Below are positions 10,801-24,849 of a DNA stretch of 64,000 bases, piece after piece. The stretch is from Dipteris shenzhenensis (taxonomy: Eukaryota). The stretch is taken from assembly GCA_047967505.1 (NCBI GenBank), contig CM106538.1; one strand, 5' to 3'. Numbering within the stretch: position 1 is the stretch's first letter; each line of letters starts with the position of its first letter. Below the pieces are notes generated by a model. It was given only the letters and a program-made list of their open reading frames with translations, had not been told where the DNA came from and did not search any database. The translations under genes and the position numbers were made by a program.

Positions 10801-10992
10801 TTTGCAAAACACAAGCAATGCCTGCTCCACATAATGAGTCCATGGTAGCTCATTAAGAAGCCAACATTTCTGTTAGTGAAGCAAGACAGAGGCTCCAACA
10901 ACACACATGCTTGTGTCTTTACAAGTTGATATCATCGTTTGTTGCCATGCTGCCAACCACTGCAAATTCCATCAACTAGACTTAGTAGATGG

Positions 10993-13900
10993 TACATTCT
11001 CGTGCAAAGTATTGTTCCCATCAGAATGTGTGCGGTTGAATAACACACCTTAGAGCATGTTTTTTAATGGGTGTGCATAAGACTTGGTGAAAAACAGGGT
11101 TTAATGCAACTTCGACCATGAAAACCATATCCGATGGGCACGATACTTTGAAATCCCATCAAGTTATGTGGTATTGATGTGTTTTCAAAATTACATGCCC
11201 TTTGGATATGTGCGTGTTTAAATAACACACCTCTAAGCATGCTTTTTGATCGTTGTGCATAAGACTTTATGAAAAATAGAGTATAATGCAACTTCAATCA
11301 TGCAAACCATATCCAATAGGCATGATACTTTGCAATATTATTAAGGTATTTGGTATTGATGTGTGTGAAAAGTATCATGTACATTGTATATGTGTACGTT
11401 TGAATAACACATCTTAGAGCGTGTTTTTTAACGGTTATTCATGAGACTTGGTGAGTGTAATGTGACTTTGACTTTTCATGAACCTCAAGATAGGTGGGAT
11501 TGATGCATGTGAAAATTATAGTACCCATCAAACATGTGCGCGTGTGAATAACGCATGTCAGAGCATGTTTTTTGACGTTTGTGCATGACACTAGGTAAAA
11601 ATGCGCTTTGATGCACCTTCATTGTTCAACCATGCAAACCATATTGGATGGTCAGGATACTTTGCATGTGTCGCAAATCAGGTGGGTTTGATGTTGTGTT
11701 ATATATTGTGTCCATTGGGTATGTGCACATTCCAACAACACACCTCAGTGCATGTTTTTTTACAGTTGTGCATGAGACTTGGTAAAAAACATGATCTAAT
11801 GTGACTTCGACTATGCAAATTATAATCGATGGACACAAGCATCTCACAGTAGGTGAAATTTTATGTATACAAAGTATCTTGCCCATCGAACATGTGCATG
11901 TTGGAATAATACACATCTGAGCGGGTTTTTTGACGGTTGTGCATGACACTTGATGAAAAACACGCTTTAATGCGACTTCGACCATATAAACCATATCCGA
12001 TGGGCACGATTCTTTGAACACACCTAAAAATAGGTGGGATTTATGTGCGTTCAAGGCTTTTTTCCCATCAAATTTATGTGCATTTGAATAAAACACATGC
12101 ATGTCTTTTTACCGTTGTGCATGACACTTGTATGCCTCCAACATTAGAGGGGAACGTGTCATTATGTGGAAGGATTTGCTCTCCTGGGCCCCCATTGCGG
12201 AATGAAGAACATGCTTGTGACTTCGAGCATGCAAATCATATCCGACGGGCATTGTACTTTTCACATGTCTCAACATAAGTGAGATTGATGTGTGTGAAAA
12301 GTATCGTGCCCATTGAACATGTGCGCACTCGAAAAGGCTTTGTGAAAAACAGGGTTTAATCTGACTTGGACCATGCAAACCATATATGATGGGCATAATA
12401 CGTTGCAAGCATCCCAAGGTAGGTTTGATTGATGTGTGTGAAAGTATCATTCCCACCCATTATGTTTGTGTTTGATTAACACACCTCCAAGCATGGTTTT
12501 TAACCATTGTGCATGAGACTTGGTGAAAAATAGGATATAGTACGACTTTAACCTTGCAAACCATAATCGATGTGCACAATACTTCTTAAGCCTCTCAAGA
12601 TATGTGGTATTGATGCACTTGCATCATATTGTGTCCATTGGATGTGTGTGCATTCGAATAACACACCTCGAAGCGTGTTTTTATATGATTGTGCATGAGA
12701 CTTGGTGAAAAATGTGGTATGTAATGCAACTTTTACCATGCAAAGCATATCCTATGGGCACGATAATTTATGCGTATCTCAAGATAGGTGGTATTGATGT
12801 GTTTGCAAAGTATTATACTCACTACACATGTGCATGTTCGAATAATACACCTTAGAGTATGGTTTTTTACGGTTGTGCATGACAATTGGTGAAAAATAGG
12901 CTTTAAGGTGCCTTTGAGCATGCAAACGATATCTGATGGGCAAAATACTGGGCAATTGTCGCAACATAGGTGGGGTTGACGTGTGCAATGTATCATGCAC
13001 ATTGGATATGTGCAAGTTTGAATAATGCACCTCAGAGTGTGCTCATCGAATATGTGCGCATTCAAATAACACATTTAGAGCGTGTTTTTTGATGATTGTG
13101 CATCAAACTAGGTTGAAATTTGAAAAGGTGGAATATGACTTCAGCTATACAAACCATATCTGATGGAGATCATACTTTTCAAGCCTCTCAAAGTAGGTGG
13201 AATTGATGCATGTGCAAAGTATCGTGTCCATCGAACATGTATATGTTCGAATAACACACCTCCAAGCATGTTTTTTGACGTTTGTGCATGAGACTTGGTA
13301 AAAAGCAAGGTGTAATGTGAATTTGACCATGCAAACCATATTTGATGGACATGATAATTTGCATATGCCTCAACATAGGTGATACTAACATGTGTGCAAA
13401 ATTTCATGTCCGTCAAATATTTGCACATTCGAATAAGACACCTCCGAGCGCGTTTTTTGACTGTTGTGCATGAGACTTGGTGAAAACCAAGGTTTATAGC
13501 GACCTTGATCATGCAAACCATATCTAATGGGCACAATAATTTTCAAGCCTATCAAGGTAGGTGGGATTTATGTGTGTACAAAGTATCATGCCCATCACAT
13601 ATGTGTGCATTTAAATAACATACCTTAGAGCGTGTTTTTTGCCAGTTGTGTATGAGACTTGGTGAAGAACACGCTTTAATGCATCTTCGACCATGCAAAT
13701 CATATTTGATGAGCACGATATTTTGTACATGCCTCAAAATAGTTATTTTTGCTGTGCATGTAAAGTATCTTACTCTTTGGATATTTGCGCATTCGAATAG
13801 CACACCTCAAAACGTGTTTTTTAATGGTTGTACATGACACTTAGTGAAAAACATGCCCCAATGCGACTTCTACCATGCAAAGCATATCCTTTGCATGGAC

Positions 13901-15217
13901 AATATACTTTGAACATCCTCAACATAGATACAATTGACGCAAATGCAAAGTATCATGCCCCTTGGACATGTGTGCTTACTAGCATGCTTTTTAATCATTG
14001 TGCATGAGACTTAGTGAAAAACAAGGTTTAATGCAACTTCGATCATGTAAACCATATTTGATGGGTAGGATAGTTTTCTGACTCTCAAGGTATGTGGGAT
14101 TGATGTGTGTACAAAGCATCGTGCCCATCGAACATGTGCACGTTCGAATAACACGCTTTCAAGTGTGTTTTTTGACATTTGTGCATGAGACTTGGTGAAA
14201 AATGGGTTTACTATGACTTCGACCATGAAAACCATATTTGATAAACATGATACTTTGCATGTGACTTAACATAGGTGGTATTGACATATATTCAAATTAT
14301 CATGCCTATCATACATGTGCACATTCAAATAACACACCTCAATGCGTGTTTTTTGACTGTTGTGTATGATGCTTCGTAAAAAACACACTTAATGCAACCT
14401 GGACCATGCAAATCATGCACGATGGGCATGATATTTTGAAATTAACTAACCATAGGTGGTATTGATTCATGTGCAAAGTATCGTGCCCATTCGATATATG
14501 CACATTTGAATAACACACCTCAGAGCCTGTCTTTACAGTTATGCATGAGACTTGATGAAAAACGTGGTTGATGCGGCTTCGACCATGAAAACCATATTCA
14601 ATGGGCATGATACTTTTGAAGACTCTCAAGAAAGATGGGATTGATTCTTTTGCAAAGCATTATGCTCATCGAACATATGTGCGTTTGAATCACACACCTC
14701 CAAGCGTGTTTTTTTCTATGGTTATGCATGACACTTGGTGAAAAACATGCTTTAATACAACTTCGACCATGCAAAGCATATCCAACTAATATGATACTTC
14801 ACACATGCCTTAATGTATACAGGTGGGTTTGATGCATATTCAAAGTATCACAAATATCAAATATAGTTGTGTTTGAATAATTGAACCTAGAGGACCATTG
14901 TGCATGAGACTTGGTGAAAAACATGGTCTAATGTGATTTCCACCATGAAAAACATATTTGATGGCAATGATACTTTGCACATGCCTCAAGAAATGTGAGA
15001 TTGATGCATGTGAAAATTATCATGGCCATCAAATATGTATGCATTCGAATAATACAACTTGACTCGAGGGTGTTTTTCGACCATTGTGCGTGAGACTTTG
15101 TGAAAAACATGGTCTAATGCAAGTTCAACTATGCAAACCATATCCGATGGCACTGATGCTTTGCATATGTCTCAAGATATGTGGTATTGATGTGAGTGAA
15201 AAGTATTGTGGCCATCA
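10993..15217. repeat. Tandem satellite, ~181-182-bp unit, ~23 diverged copies, palindromic unit
   Basis: Anchor GTGCATGAGACTTGGTGAAAAA recurs at ~11073, 11255, 11437 ... 13284, 13466, 13647, 13829 ... 15086; each unit contains GATGGGCACGATACTTTG-like sequence and its reverse complement. Confidence 0.93.
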
Positions 15218-15644
15218 GAAAAAAAGAGTGACTATAATCAAAGTTCGTGAACGGATTTATTTCTTGTTTTGTTTGAAAAAAATAAATTAAAAAAGACAAC
15301 CACCATGGTCGCGGAAGGTTGGGGGAAAAGGAATGGATGGCGGTATTATACTAGGTGATGCTTGTAAAATAAGGCATGAGCCTTAGTTCCAAATAAGAGC
15401 TCGTGCTCTTTGGTTCATTTGGATCTCTAGAAATAATTTTCGATTTAATCATAAAGAGATGTGTACTGATGTCTTGTTTGCTTCATGGTGGGACAGGAAA
15501 AAAGATGCCTTGATTTCTTCATAAGTGTCTACAATCTTGGATACTCAAGATTAAATGAAGATATCTCAAGACACAAATTCTCCTGTTTTATCTCTGATGA
15601 TCATACAAAGTTGCCTAAGGTCATGCAGCGGAAAACTACCACAG

Positions 15645-15950
15645 ATGGTCCTTCAACTCAGGTTCCCTCTCCTGTTGTTGGCCCCTCTACTCAACCTCTT
15701 TCTGATGGCCTCTTCACTCAGGTTCCCTCTGCTTCTGCTATCCCCTCAGCTCAGTTTCTTTCTATTGCTGCTTGTCCTTATACTCAGAGTCCCTTTGCTG
15801 CCCCTTCAACCCAGTTTCCCTCTGCTGCTATTGGCCCCTTTACTCAGCCTCATTTTGTTGGCCTCTTCACTCAGTCTCCCCCTGCTTTTGTGACCCCTCA
15901 GCTCAGTTGCCTCCTGCTACTTTTGGCCCTGCACTTAGATTCCCTCTGTT
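15645..15950 (+). repeat. Degenerate pyrimidine-rich minisatellite (~27-36 bp; reads GPSTQ/PS-rich)
   Basis: Repeated GGCC(C/T)CT(T/C)(T/C)ACTCAG units; the downstream AT-rich/A-tail segment (~16300-16350) is compatible with a LINE 3' end. Confidence 0.55.
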
Positions 15951-16363
15951 GGCTTCTTTACTCAGATACCTTCTCCTGATTCTTTCCCTTCCTTTCGAAC
16001 TCAAAGACTTGCTGATGTTGTGCTACCTGTCCAGCTACAGGATATGGATGAGATGTTTATTGACCCTATCCAGGGCTGCTGCTCCTTTTGGAAAATTTTT
16101 TGAGGTTATTGCTGCTCTTGCTGATGCTTCAACACACACCGCTGACTCCAAGGAGGAATCATCTAGCTTGTCTTTCCATATTTGAGAAGCATCTCTCAAT
16201 ATCTATTGAGGAATCTACTTGTTTTTGTTTTTATCACTCTTGTGGTAAGAGAGGAAGTTCATATGTGAACATCACTCCTTTTTTGGATGAGCCTTGAAGA
16301 TGTATAAATATGTTTTGAATTAATATAATCACTCTTTTTCTACCCAAAAAGAATAAGAAACAT

Positions 16364-16925
16364 CAATTTCAACCACCGAGCTGGTCATCAATTATTTCAA
16401 TTGGAAAATATATTTATATCTATTTTCATTTAACTATGCTGGTTTAGAACAACCACATAACTCTTGTTTGACCTGAACTAGGTCAGTGATATATTGCATG
16501 ATATTCCAACTGCTGGGCAAGTTTAGGACAATCACATTAAATCCAAGCCAATCCAGTTTAGAAATTAATTGGTATATGACCCGAACCACCCTAGAAATTA
16601 AACTTAACTAACCATTGCAAAATACAACAATTTCAACCTCTATACTAGTTATCGATTCTTTCAATTGCAGAATATATTTTTGCTTATTTTTGTTGAACCA
16701 CACTGGTTTATGACAATCACATAACTCTTGTTTGACCTGAATGAGCATGGTGATATATTGCATGATGTTCCAACCACCGGGATGGTTTAAGACAATCACA
16801 TTAAATCCAAGCTAGCCCAATTATAAAAATAAATTTTGTATGACCCAAACTAGTCTGAAAATTAAACTTAACTAATTTAACTACTAGAGAACGGAACAAT
16901 TTCAACCACCAAGATTATCATCAAT
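16364..16925. repeat. Two tandem ~263-bp units, with related sequence at ~18115-18265
   Basis: CACATAACTCTTGTTTGACCTGAA...GTGATATATTGCATGAT...GACAATCACATTAAATCCAAGC...AAATTAAACTTAACTAA present twice. Confidence 0.7.
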
Positions 16926-16992
16926 CAGAGACCAATAACAATATGTTGGCATTTATTTCTATCATTAGGGTAAGTTTGGGTTCAAAAAGGGC

Positions 16993-17226
16993 ATCATAAG
17001 GATGTGATTAGGAAAATGTGAATCTCCTAATCCTTAAGTTAAAAGTGGCATTGTAAAATGCAATTAATGGGAAAGCTTTACAATTATTAAAGAGAGATGG
17101 AACATGTCAATCATAAGGATGTGATTAGGAAAATGTGAATCTCCTAATCCTTAAGTTAAAAGTGGCATTGTAAAATGCAATTAATGGGAAGGCTTTACAA
17201 TTATTAAAGAGAGATGGAACATGTCA
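16993..17226. repeat. 117-bp near-perfect tandem duplication
   Basis: 16993-17109 equals 17110-17226 with one visible mismatch. Confidence 0.9.
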
Positions 17227-20159
17227 TATACGTTTCGATGGTGAGGATGTATTAGTACTAAGGATGCATTAGTACTAGATCCAACGGTGTGTAATGGTTG
17301 AGCTTTATGATCCATTGGATCATCCTACTTAGTTTAAGGGTGCCCATGAACATCTTCTGATCTCATTCCCATCCAAGGGCATGGGTGAGTCACCTAGTCC
17401 TTACCCTTAGATCAACCTCACCATCTAAGGGCTCAAAAGCTCCCATGGGCCCAAGTGGCCACCTCCATAAAGGTGCATGCCAAGTGGAAGCTCCATGCAA
17501 TGCACCAAATGCCCACCCTTGGATCTCCCTTTCAATCAAGGATGCGTGTGAGGCACCTACTCCTTACTTACGTCAATCTAAGGGCTCAAAACATGCATTG
17601 GGATACACATAAATGTGTGGTCTTCGTGGCAATTCCACGCAGTGTACAGATTTCACACTGATAAATTAAGGCACCATCTAAGGGTGCATGTGAGGTGCCT
17701 CTTATCTACCATTAGATCTCCAAAACAATCTAATAGCTCATAGGTGGCCACCATGATGCATTAACTCATGGCCATTTGATCACTACCACATGCCACACAT
17801 TCAAGGGTGAGGATCAAATTGAAGTATGTCATCCACTGTTGATGTCGTAAGATCATCCAATGTCCGCGGTTCCTTTTGAAGGCCTTTACCAAAGTAAACA
17901 GAGGTAAAGTGGCCAGGCGCCAGTCATTCCACCAATCATAAGAGGTTCAAAACCCTCCATTCTTTAAATGCTTAAGCCTTCCTTTTGGCCAACCCCTAAT
18001 CTCAATTTCTTAAGAGCCTAATCTAAGATGGCCTTTTTGAATCTAAAATTTCCCTAATGTGTGAAAGATATTAATGTTCAACCATATTGGTTTGGGACAA
18101 CGTGCATAGCTGGTGTTTAACCTGAACCACCACAATGATATATTGCATGATGTTCCAACCATCGGGATGGTTTAGAACAATCACAATTAAACTATTCCAA
18201 AACTATCATGATTTTCTAACCATGGGGATGGTTTAGAACAATCACAATTAAACTATTCCAAAGCTCAATCACAGACAACCACCTAGGTTGGTTTAGGCCA
18301 CCACTAACCTGCATTGTATCAGGCATGTGTATGATATGTTTGTCCCACTACTTGTGTCCCATTTGCTTTTTGCATATGTCCTTATTTAGAGAAACTCTGA
18401 ATTCTTGTGCCCGAATATTGTCACTCTATCAATGACTTTGGTACTTAGGCTATCTCACCGTTTCTTGCATTCTGTTGAAGTCGACATAGACTTCTCAGAT
18501 TGGGATGATTCTGCAGCCATGTTGGTCCTTCTGATCAACAATTTCTTTGACATTGTGTGCCCAAGTCATTTCTCCTTTGTTTCATAGGATACCAGCATAG
18601 CTATCATTGCCCTCTTTGTAGCAAGTTGATCTAAGCTATACCCCCCTTTCACTTTCTGTAGTCCATTTTGTAGGTTTGAGAGCATTGTCTCTTGGGCATG
18701 CATCTCTCGAGGTGTTTGTAGGGTTGTCACTTTAAAAATTTTAAGGTGCAAGTTATAGCTTGTGAAGCTTTGAGACTGGTATACACCTGAATGGCCTGAT
18801 GTTGTTGCCTCAAATCCTCCCACCAATTATGAGACCACAGCTTGTGGTCTTTGCTCCAACAACAATGATCAAATGTGCATTTGCCATTGCTTCCTGTTAC
18901 TACTTTACATGGATTCTTCTTTCTTCTCATTGTTGCTGCCCCACACAAATGTTACAAAAGTGTCTTCCATTGCCGTTTTGATACCATTTCCTCACGCTGC
19001 AATCTTCTCCATGTTCCTTGACCAAGCTTTTCAACTTTCCTATATCACAAGCTCTATCTGCTTATATTGCAAGACATGACGAGCTACATCTTTCCCTGGA
19101 CACCATGGTCATTATCAGTGAACCGCTAGAATAGACCCACCAGAACAGAGTCCAGTTAGCTTGTGTAGTGAACAAAGAATATAAGACATCATACTCAAGT
19201 AAAGAAGATAATCATTAATGCCAAACCAACAGGACAAGGTTACATTGAGATGACTCAACACGGTGTAGGGCAATAGGAAAACGATGTACTTTTATATTCA
19301 AATATTTGCAAGGCGGGAGGTGTAAGATTTTGAAAGTGTGTAGGGTAGCAAACTTTTTAATGTCGTAGTTTCCCACAGGCTCTGCCAATACACATCCGCA
19401 AAATTGGACATACCGGTTGCCCTCAAGCAAGTGCAACATGGCCCAAATTTCTTTAAAATACAAATAAACCAAAGGGCACACTAGCGGTTTGATGTTGTAT
19501 ATTATGAAATGCAATGAACTTTGACATGCTTATGAGACATATAGCAAGGAATTTCATGGAAAAACAACTAATACAAAATTGTAAATAGTGTTGGATTTAT
19601 TACAATATCTTTACACATGCACAAATTACACATTTATAAATTCTTTTATTCTAGGGTGAGTCTAGATACCAATATCACCAACTATCAATGTTATAAGACC
19701 GCCATGCAGTAGTCCTACTACTTTGGCTTCCATATTTTCAATTGGTTTTGGATTTCAACAAATCAAGAAAAAGTTATGGAGCATGCATGCAAAATTTTAG
19801 CACAACATCAGAGGCTTCTTAAACCAGATCTGATGTTCTCAATTAGGTTTGTCCTTTGGTTGAGGAGAAGCTAACACAGTGTACTTTTGAATGATTACTT
19901 GGATGCATGTATGTGTAGAATAAAATTTTGATGTTATTGTAATACCCTATACTCTTCAAGATGCATGCTTCACATGCAACATATCACTTGTAATGCTTTA
20001 ATGGTCTCAGTCCAAATATTTATTTGATATTGTTTTGGTCTCATGTTCAAGACTCAATGTGTACTACAACTTGAATATAAAGTTTGTTGAAATCCTTTAA
20101 GCAATACATAAGTTATGGGTGCCTGAACCTCACTAGAAATGGCTACACCCAAGCAAACA

Positions 20160-21440
20160 TTGACCCTGAATGGTATTCCTAATATAATGTCGTAGCCATC
20201 CATTTGATCATGGAAATCCATATCCACAAACTATACATGGTAGGTAATCTCAAAAGTCTTGGTTTTAATTTCTCTCAATACTCCTACCGGTTGAGGCATT
20301 GCTCCATTGGCTAACTTGACTACAAGATGTGCACTTCCCATCTTTGGCCATCCCCACTTGATCCAACACTGTTTCATGACTATGCTCACCCCAGCCCATC
20401 CATCCAAGATTCCATGGCATTCTTGTCCTTGTAGGTGATAAGAAGTTACCGCGTTGGTATCATCACTTTCAAAGTACTGGCCTAGCTTATTAATTGGTAC
20501 TTTGAGAAGATTTGGCTCCTCAGCAGGAGTTCTACTATATCAGGGGGAAATCCTAAGGGGTGACCATTTATTCGTTCATCCAATAGGAGAGGTCCCTCCA
20601 AAGAGGAGGGTGCCCCCTTAGCAAGGTGGAAATGGGCATTCTAACCTTCATGGACAAGAATGTGGCTATGCTATCACATCTAGAGGTTGTGCAATCGGTT
20701 CTCATCCCATCAAGTGTGGCTCATCAAAGCCATAAAAGGACATGTTGTCCTCTTCTATGGCTTGGTTCCATATCGGGTCCTGCTCAAACATTTAATGACT
20801 TAGGAGTAAACGACCAGTTGATGAGCCACATGATCCTTTCTCTTTCACTCTTTCAAGTATGGGAGAGGCTTTGGGGGCTCTATGACTCCTTCTATCCATG
20901 CTCGGTGCTCGGTGACCGTGTACTAGTTGGCCTGACCTAGGGTCATCTTGCCTCAGCTATCCTTTCCCGTGTCCTCATACACTGGCAGGGACTAAGTGTT
21001 GCTCGAAGGCGGATGCTTACGGATTGAATCCTTGAGGTCAACGATGCCACGGTCATGGGTGGACGGGTGGGTGAGAAGGCCCGGATTGATTTGTGGCAGG
21101 TGGTCAAGGAGGTGAACCCTCTGGTTGAAAACGGTGCTCCCTTGGCCGCCAAGGATAGAAATTAGAGATGTCTATTGGTGGCTGCTCGGGTTCGGCCATC
21201 CAATCTAGGGACCAGGCTTCAGCAACTGGGTCCTCATATGGGAAGTCGATGCCAAGGGTTTCAAAATTGGTATGGTACCTCTGCACCTGGCTAACGCGTT
21301 CGTGCCATTTCATCCTCGGTTCCTTACATAGGTCACGGATGTTATCCCGCATGGACCGTGCTTCTGTTGCATGGCTACTGATTAGGTTCTCAAGCTCCCA
21401 TAAAAGCTTGTTGTAGTAGATGGGTAACTCGGCCATGATA
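20160..21440 (-). pseudogene. Degenerate Gypsy gag/aspartic protease remnant
   Basis: Minus strand ~20455-20165 reads ECHGILDGWAGVSIVMKQCW...VVKLANGAMPQPVGVLREI...GYDIILG, a retropepsin pattern; the upstream ORF fragments are less certain. Confidence 0.6.
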
Positions 21441-22878
21441 GGCCATGGTAGCTGTCGAACTCATGCGAAAATCAGCCTACACTCAACTTTGAATATATTA
21501 TGTTGTCGATTAGTGTGCTCTTCCTCAAAATGGTTGAAGTCTTGGATGGCCTTGTCATAGACCGAGATAATTGGTTGGACGGGCTCCAAAGTGTCTTGGT
21601 GCATGGAGGGTGCGATAAACACCTCATCTCCTATAGGCTACCGCTAAACCTTGTAGGCGGATAGGCATCTCCTCCCTACTTGGAATACATCGCAAAACTT
21701 CTGTTGCAGGTACAGCAATCAAAAGACCTTCAAGTGGCAAAATGGGCTCGGCATGTACAATCTTCTCAGCCTGCACCTCCTTATTTGTGTCCTCGACCAA
21801 AACTTGGATCTATTCTGTTATATAAAAAATACAGTCCGTTTGTACTGCCCGCTCGGTATGCATGTACAAGACCTTTTTGTATTTCGTTTGGTGCTTATGA
21901 TACCATCCGAAACTGAAAAGAAATCAAAGTAGTATGTACATACGTGAGCACAGTGACTACATAGTGGAAGCATGTACAATGAGCACAATGTACGATCCTA
22001 TACATAATGTGGATTTCCCCCTCTAAAGTTGTGGGTCATCCTTCGCCTTTGGGAATAAAACCCAGAAGATAAGCCGAAAGGAAGAGAAAGGAAATGTGCA
22101 AAGAGTAAAGTCCACCTGGATCAGAGACTGGTCGATCGAAAGATGACTACATCAATAACTGTGTATGGCTGCATGCTGAACATGTCAAAGCTAAACATGT
22201 CATAAGTTGTCGTGGACTGTGTAGCTGCTCCGTAAAAAAGGCATCCGAATGTAAAGTTGGTCGATGTAGCTGTGAAGACGTGATCCAATAGGTTGTGTGA
22301 CATACGAGGGTGTCACTAATCCAGAAGAACTAACAACAATGTTGGATGTATGCTGCAGTAGTGTAATCTCTGCCGAATGATGCGGGGTCGAAAAAGACCG
22401 CATAGTCGGTGTGGACATAGTGATCCAGGTGCTAAAAATCTGGGGCTGAAGGTGCAGGTGTGCTACGCTGCTCTGCTGAAGAATAGGCTCGTAAAGCTGA
22501 CAAGATATGGCAACTTGTTGAACGTGTATGCTCAACTGTCATGAGCCTAATCTATACTGCTAGTTGAAACTTTATCCAAGGAGATGACGTGCTTCGTATC
22601 AAAGGTGAAAACATCAGTGATGGATGCTGAAATGGAATCACCTAAGGAGATGAATGCAATGTGGCATATATCTTTGCATGTGGATAAAGACGTGAGTGCC
22701 TCGTATTGAAGGACTTACCTGATGAATAACTGCATGATCATAACTGATCCCCTATTGTGTGTCTGTAGCATCTATGGCAAAGCTTGGAATTAGATCCATG
22801 CATAAAGATGATGGTTGTGCATCGTACGAATCAGTATGTGGATCGTACGAATCAGTCTGTGCTGATGTTGATGGGATT

Positions 22879-23003
22879 GCCTCGTAGTAAGGACTTACCA
22901 TCAAATTTGCCTCGTGCTGAGGGCTTACTGCCGAAATGTGCCTCGTGCTGAGGGCTTATTGCCGAAATGTGCCTCATGCTGAGGGCCTACTGAGGAGTGT
23001 GCC
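22879..23003. repeat. 30-31-bp minisatellite, ~4 copies
   Basis: GCCTCGTGCTGAGGGCTTACTGCCGAAATGT repeated. Confidence 0.8.
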
Positions 23004-24849
23004 TGATCAAAAAATGTGGGCTGATCCATACTAACATGTGAAGCATCTACATCTGATCTCGCAAGACCAACGAGGCACGAGTCAACATCATACACTTGTA
23101 CATACCTTGTGGCAATAAATAGTCAAAGAAGGTTCTCTTTCCACTCACGCATCTCGTCCAGAGTCATGACTGGTGTATCATCAACTGTGTGATGAGAATA
23201 ACTCCATGTTGGAGGTGATCTGGTGCTCTGTTCAAGAGGCTTACCCGTATACCGATGAGAGTATCTACCCATGAGAACACTGTGTGAGAGTTGTCACTTT
23301 GGGGCTTATGCTAAACGGTAAAAAACGAAGTCATGTGAGAAGGCTAATGTGTATGCGTGTAGGAACCCATGCCAAAAAATAGTCAACAATGTGTGACTCT
23401 ACAGGCATGTGTGTGCAAGATGAATGTGACAATACTAAATACGACAAGGAGAACTCTGCCAAGTGTCACACTGAGGTGCTGAAGTGCCAAATGCCAAGAG
23501 AACTGAATTTATGTCAGTGTGTGAATGTGTACAAAATGATGAGGTGTCGTATGATGAGGTAGTAGGTTGAGGTCACATGCATCTTATAAGTGTGCCTATG
23601 AAGAGGCAGCTATGCCCAGAAGGAGGCTCTACCATGTGGCATGCTGAGGTGGCCAACTGATGACTTAGCTGCTAACTGGGCCTACTGAGGTGGAAGTGAC
23701 ACGTGTCACTCCATTGACCATGGTCAATTAACCAAACCAGGGTTTGGTAAGCTCAGGTGATGTGGCCTAAGCTAACATGTTCGATGATGTGGCCATTTGA
23801 ATGATGATGTGGTAGACTCCATGGGTATGATGTGGCACACGGGCCAGCTTGTTGATGTGGCGTTGAGATATCAACTGATGCAGATTCTCCACGTGGCAGT
23901 TAGACTAGGGCTACCACATGGCAGCCTATGCAAAGACAGGAGAATTCTGATGGAATCTTAAAAGATTCCGTCTCCTTCGACTCTGTGCTGGAGCCGTCGG
24001 GCTGCCCGTGAGAGCGTTGTTGGAGACTCTGGCCGTTGAGGGAGGCGGTGCAGCTCAGTACCCGTAGCTCGAGGATGCCAAGAGCCTTGGAGCGTTTGGC
24101 GTTGTAGGTTCGAGGCTCGACAAGTCGTTTGCATACAGGGTCGTCCGTGAGTTGAAGTTACTGGTCGTTGGTGATGTTATGGGTTGCCAATCGATGGTGT
24201 TGTCCTTGTTTGAGATTTTCTTGGTCGGTTGAAGGCATCGTTTGCAGAGGGTTGCACTTGCATTCGCCGTAGTAGGGAGCTGCCTTGTTGCTAGTGTGGA
24301 GCCGCCTATGGCATTGGAGGCTGAAGCTCGCTGTTGTTGGAGCACTGACATGAATTGTTTGCTGTAGAGCATGGTTGCTATATATAAGCCGGCGTGTTGG
24401 AGGAGGTTGTTGCAAAGCCTCTCATGGTCACTTGGAGCTCGTTGTTCGGTTGGCGCTGCTCAGAGTTTAGGAGCTGCTGTTGCCACTGAGTGCTGCTGCT
24501 GAGCTGAGGTCACCGTATGTGGCTATGGAGGCTACTAGAATGGGCCGCTGCCATTCAAGCCGTTCGTTTCTCAAGGCGAAGTGGTCGTTGATGAAGGCCC
24601 GTGAGCAAAGTTGCCCTACGTTAAGGAGAACTTTGGCGGTGTATGTTTTGCGGGTATTTCTGTGGACGCTAAGTTGGCTGGAGGCTTTGAGCTAGTTGCT
24701 ATTCGAGTATGCCGTTGTGGGCATTCATTAATGAGTAGCCCGCCAAGGAGCCGTGCTGCTTGTACTGAGCCTGTGGTTGCAGAAGTGATTTTGCAGATTT
24801 CAGGGTTTACTTTTTTTCTCTACAGATTTTGCATGATACTTCATATTTG

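Noticed and set aside
10993-15217. Many short ORFs and a CRISPR-like repeat/spacer appearance
   Set aside because: The whole unit is repeated with no unique spacers, the context is eukaryotic with no cas genes, and the ORFs are chance translations of the satellite.
15485-16185. Ser/Pro/Thr-rich ORFs as a host mucin-like gene
   Set aside because: Explained by a minisatellite that is open in several frames; no domain or splice structure recognised.
18400-19520. Possible decayed transposase or gene fragments on the minus strand
   Set aside because: Coding-like composition but no motif I could assign; needs BLASTX.
22100-23500. Possible coding region on the minus strand
   Set aside because: Short broken ORFs with a CpG-decay signature and no assignable motif; probably old TE internal sequence.
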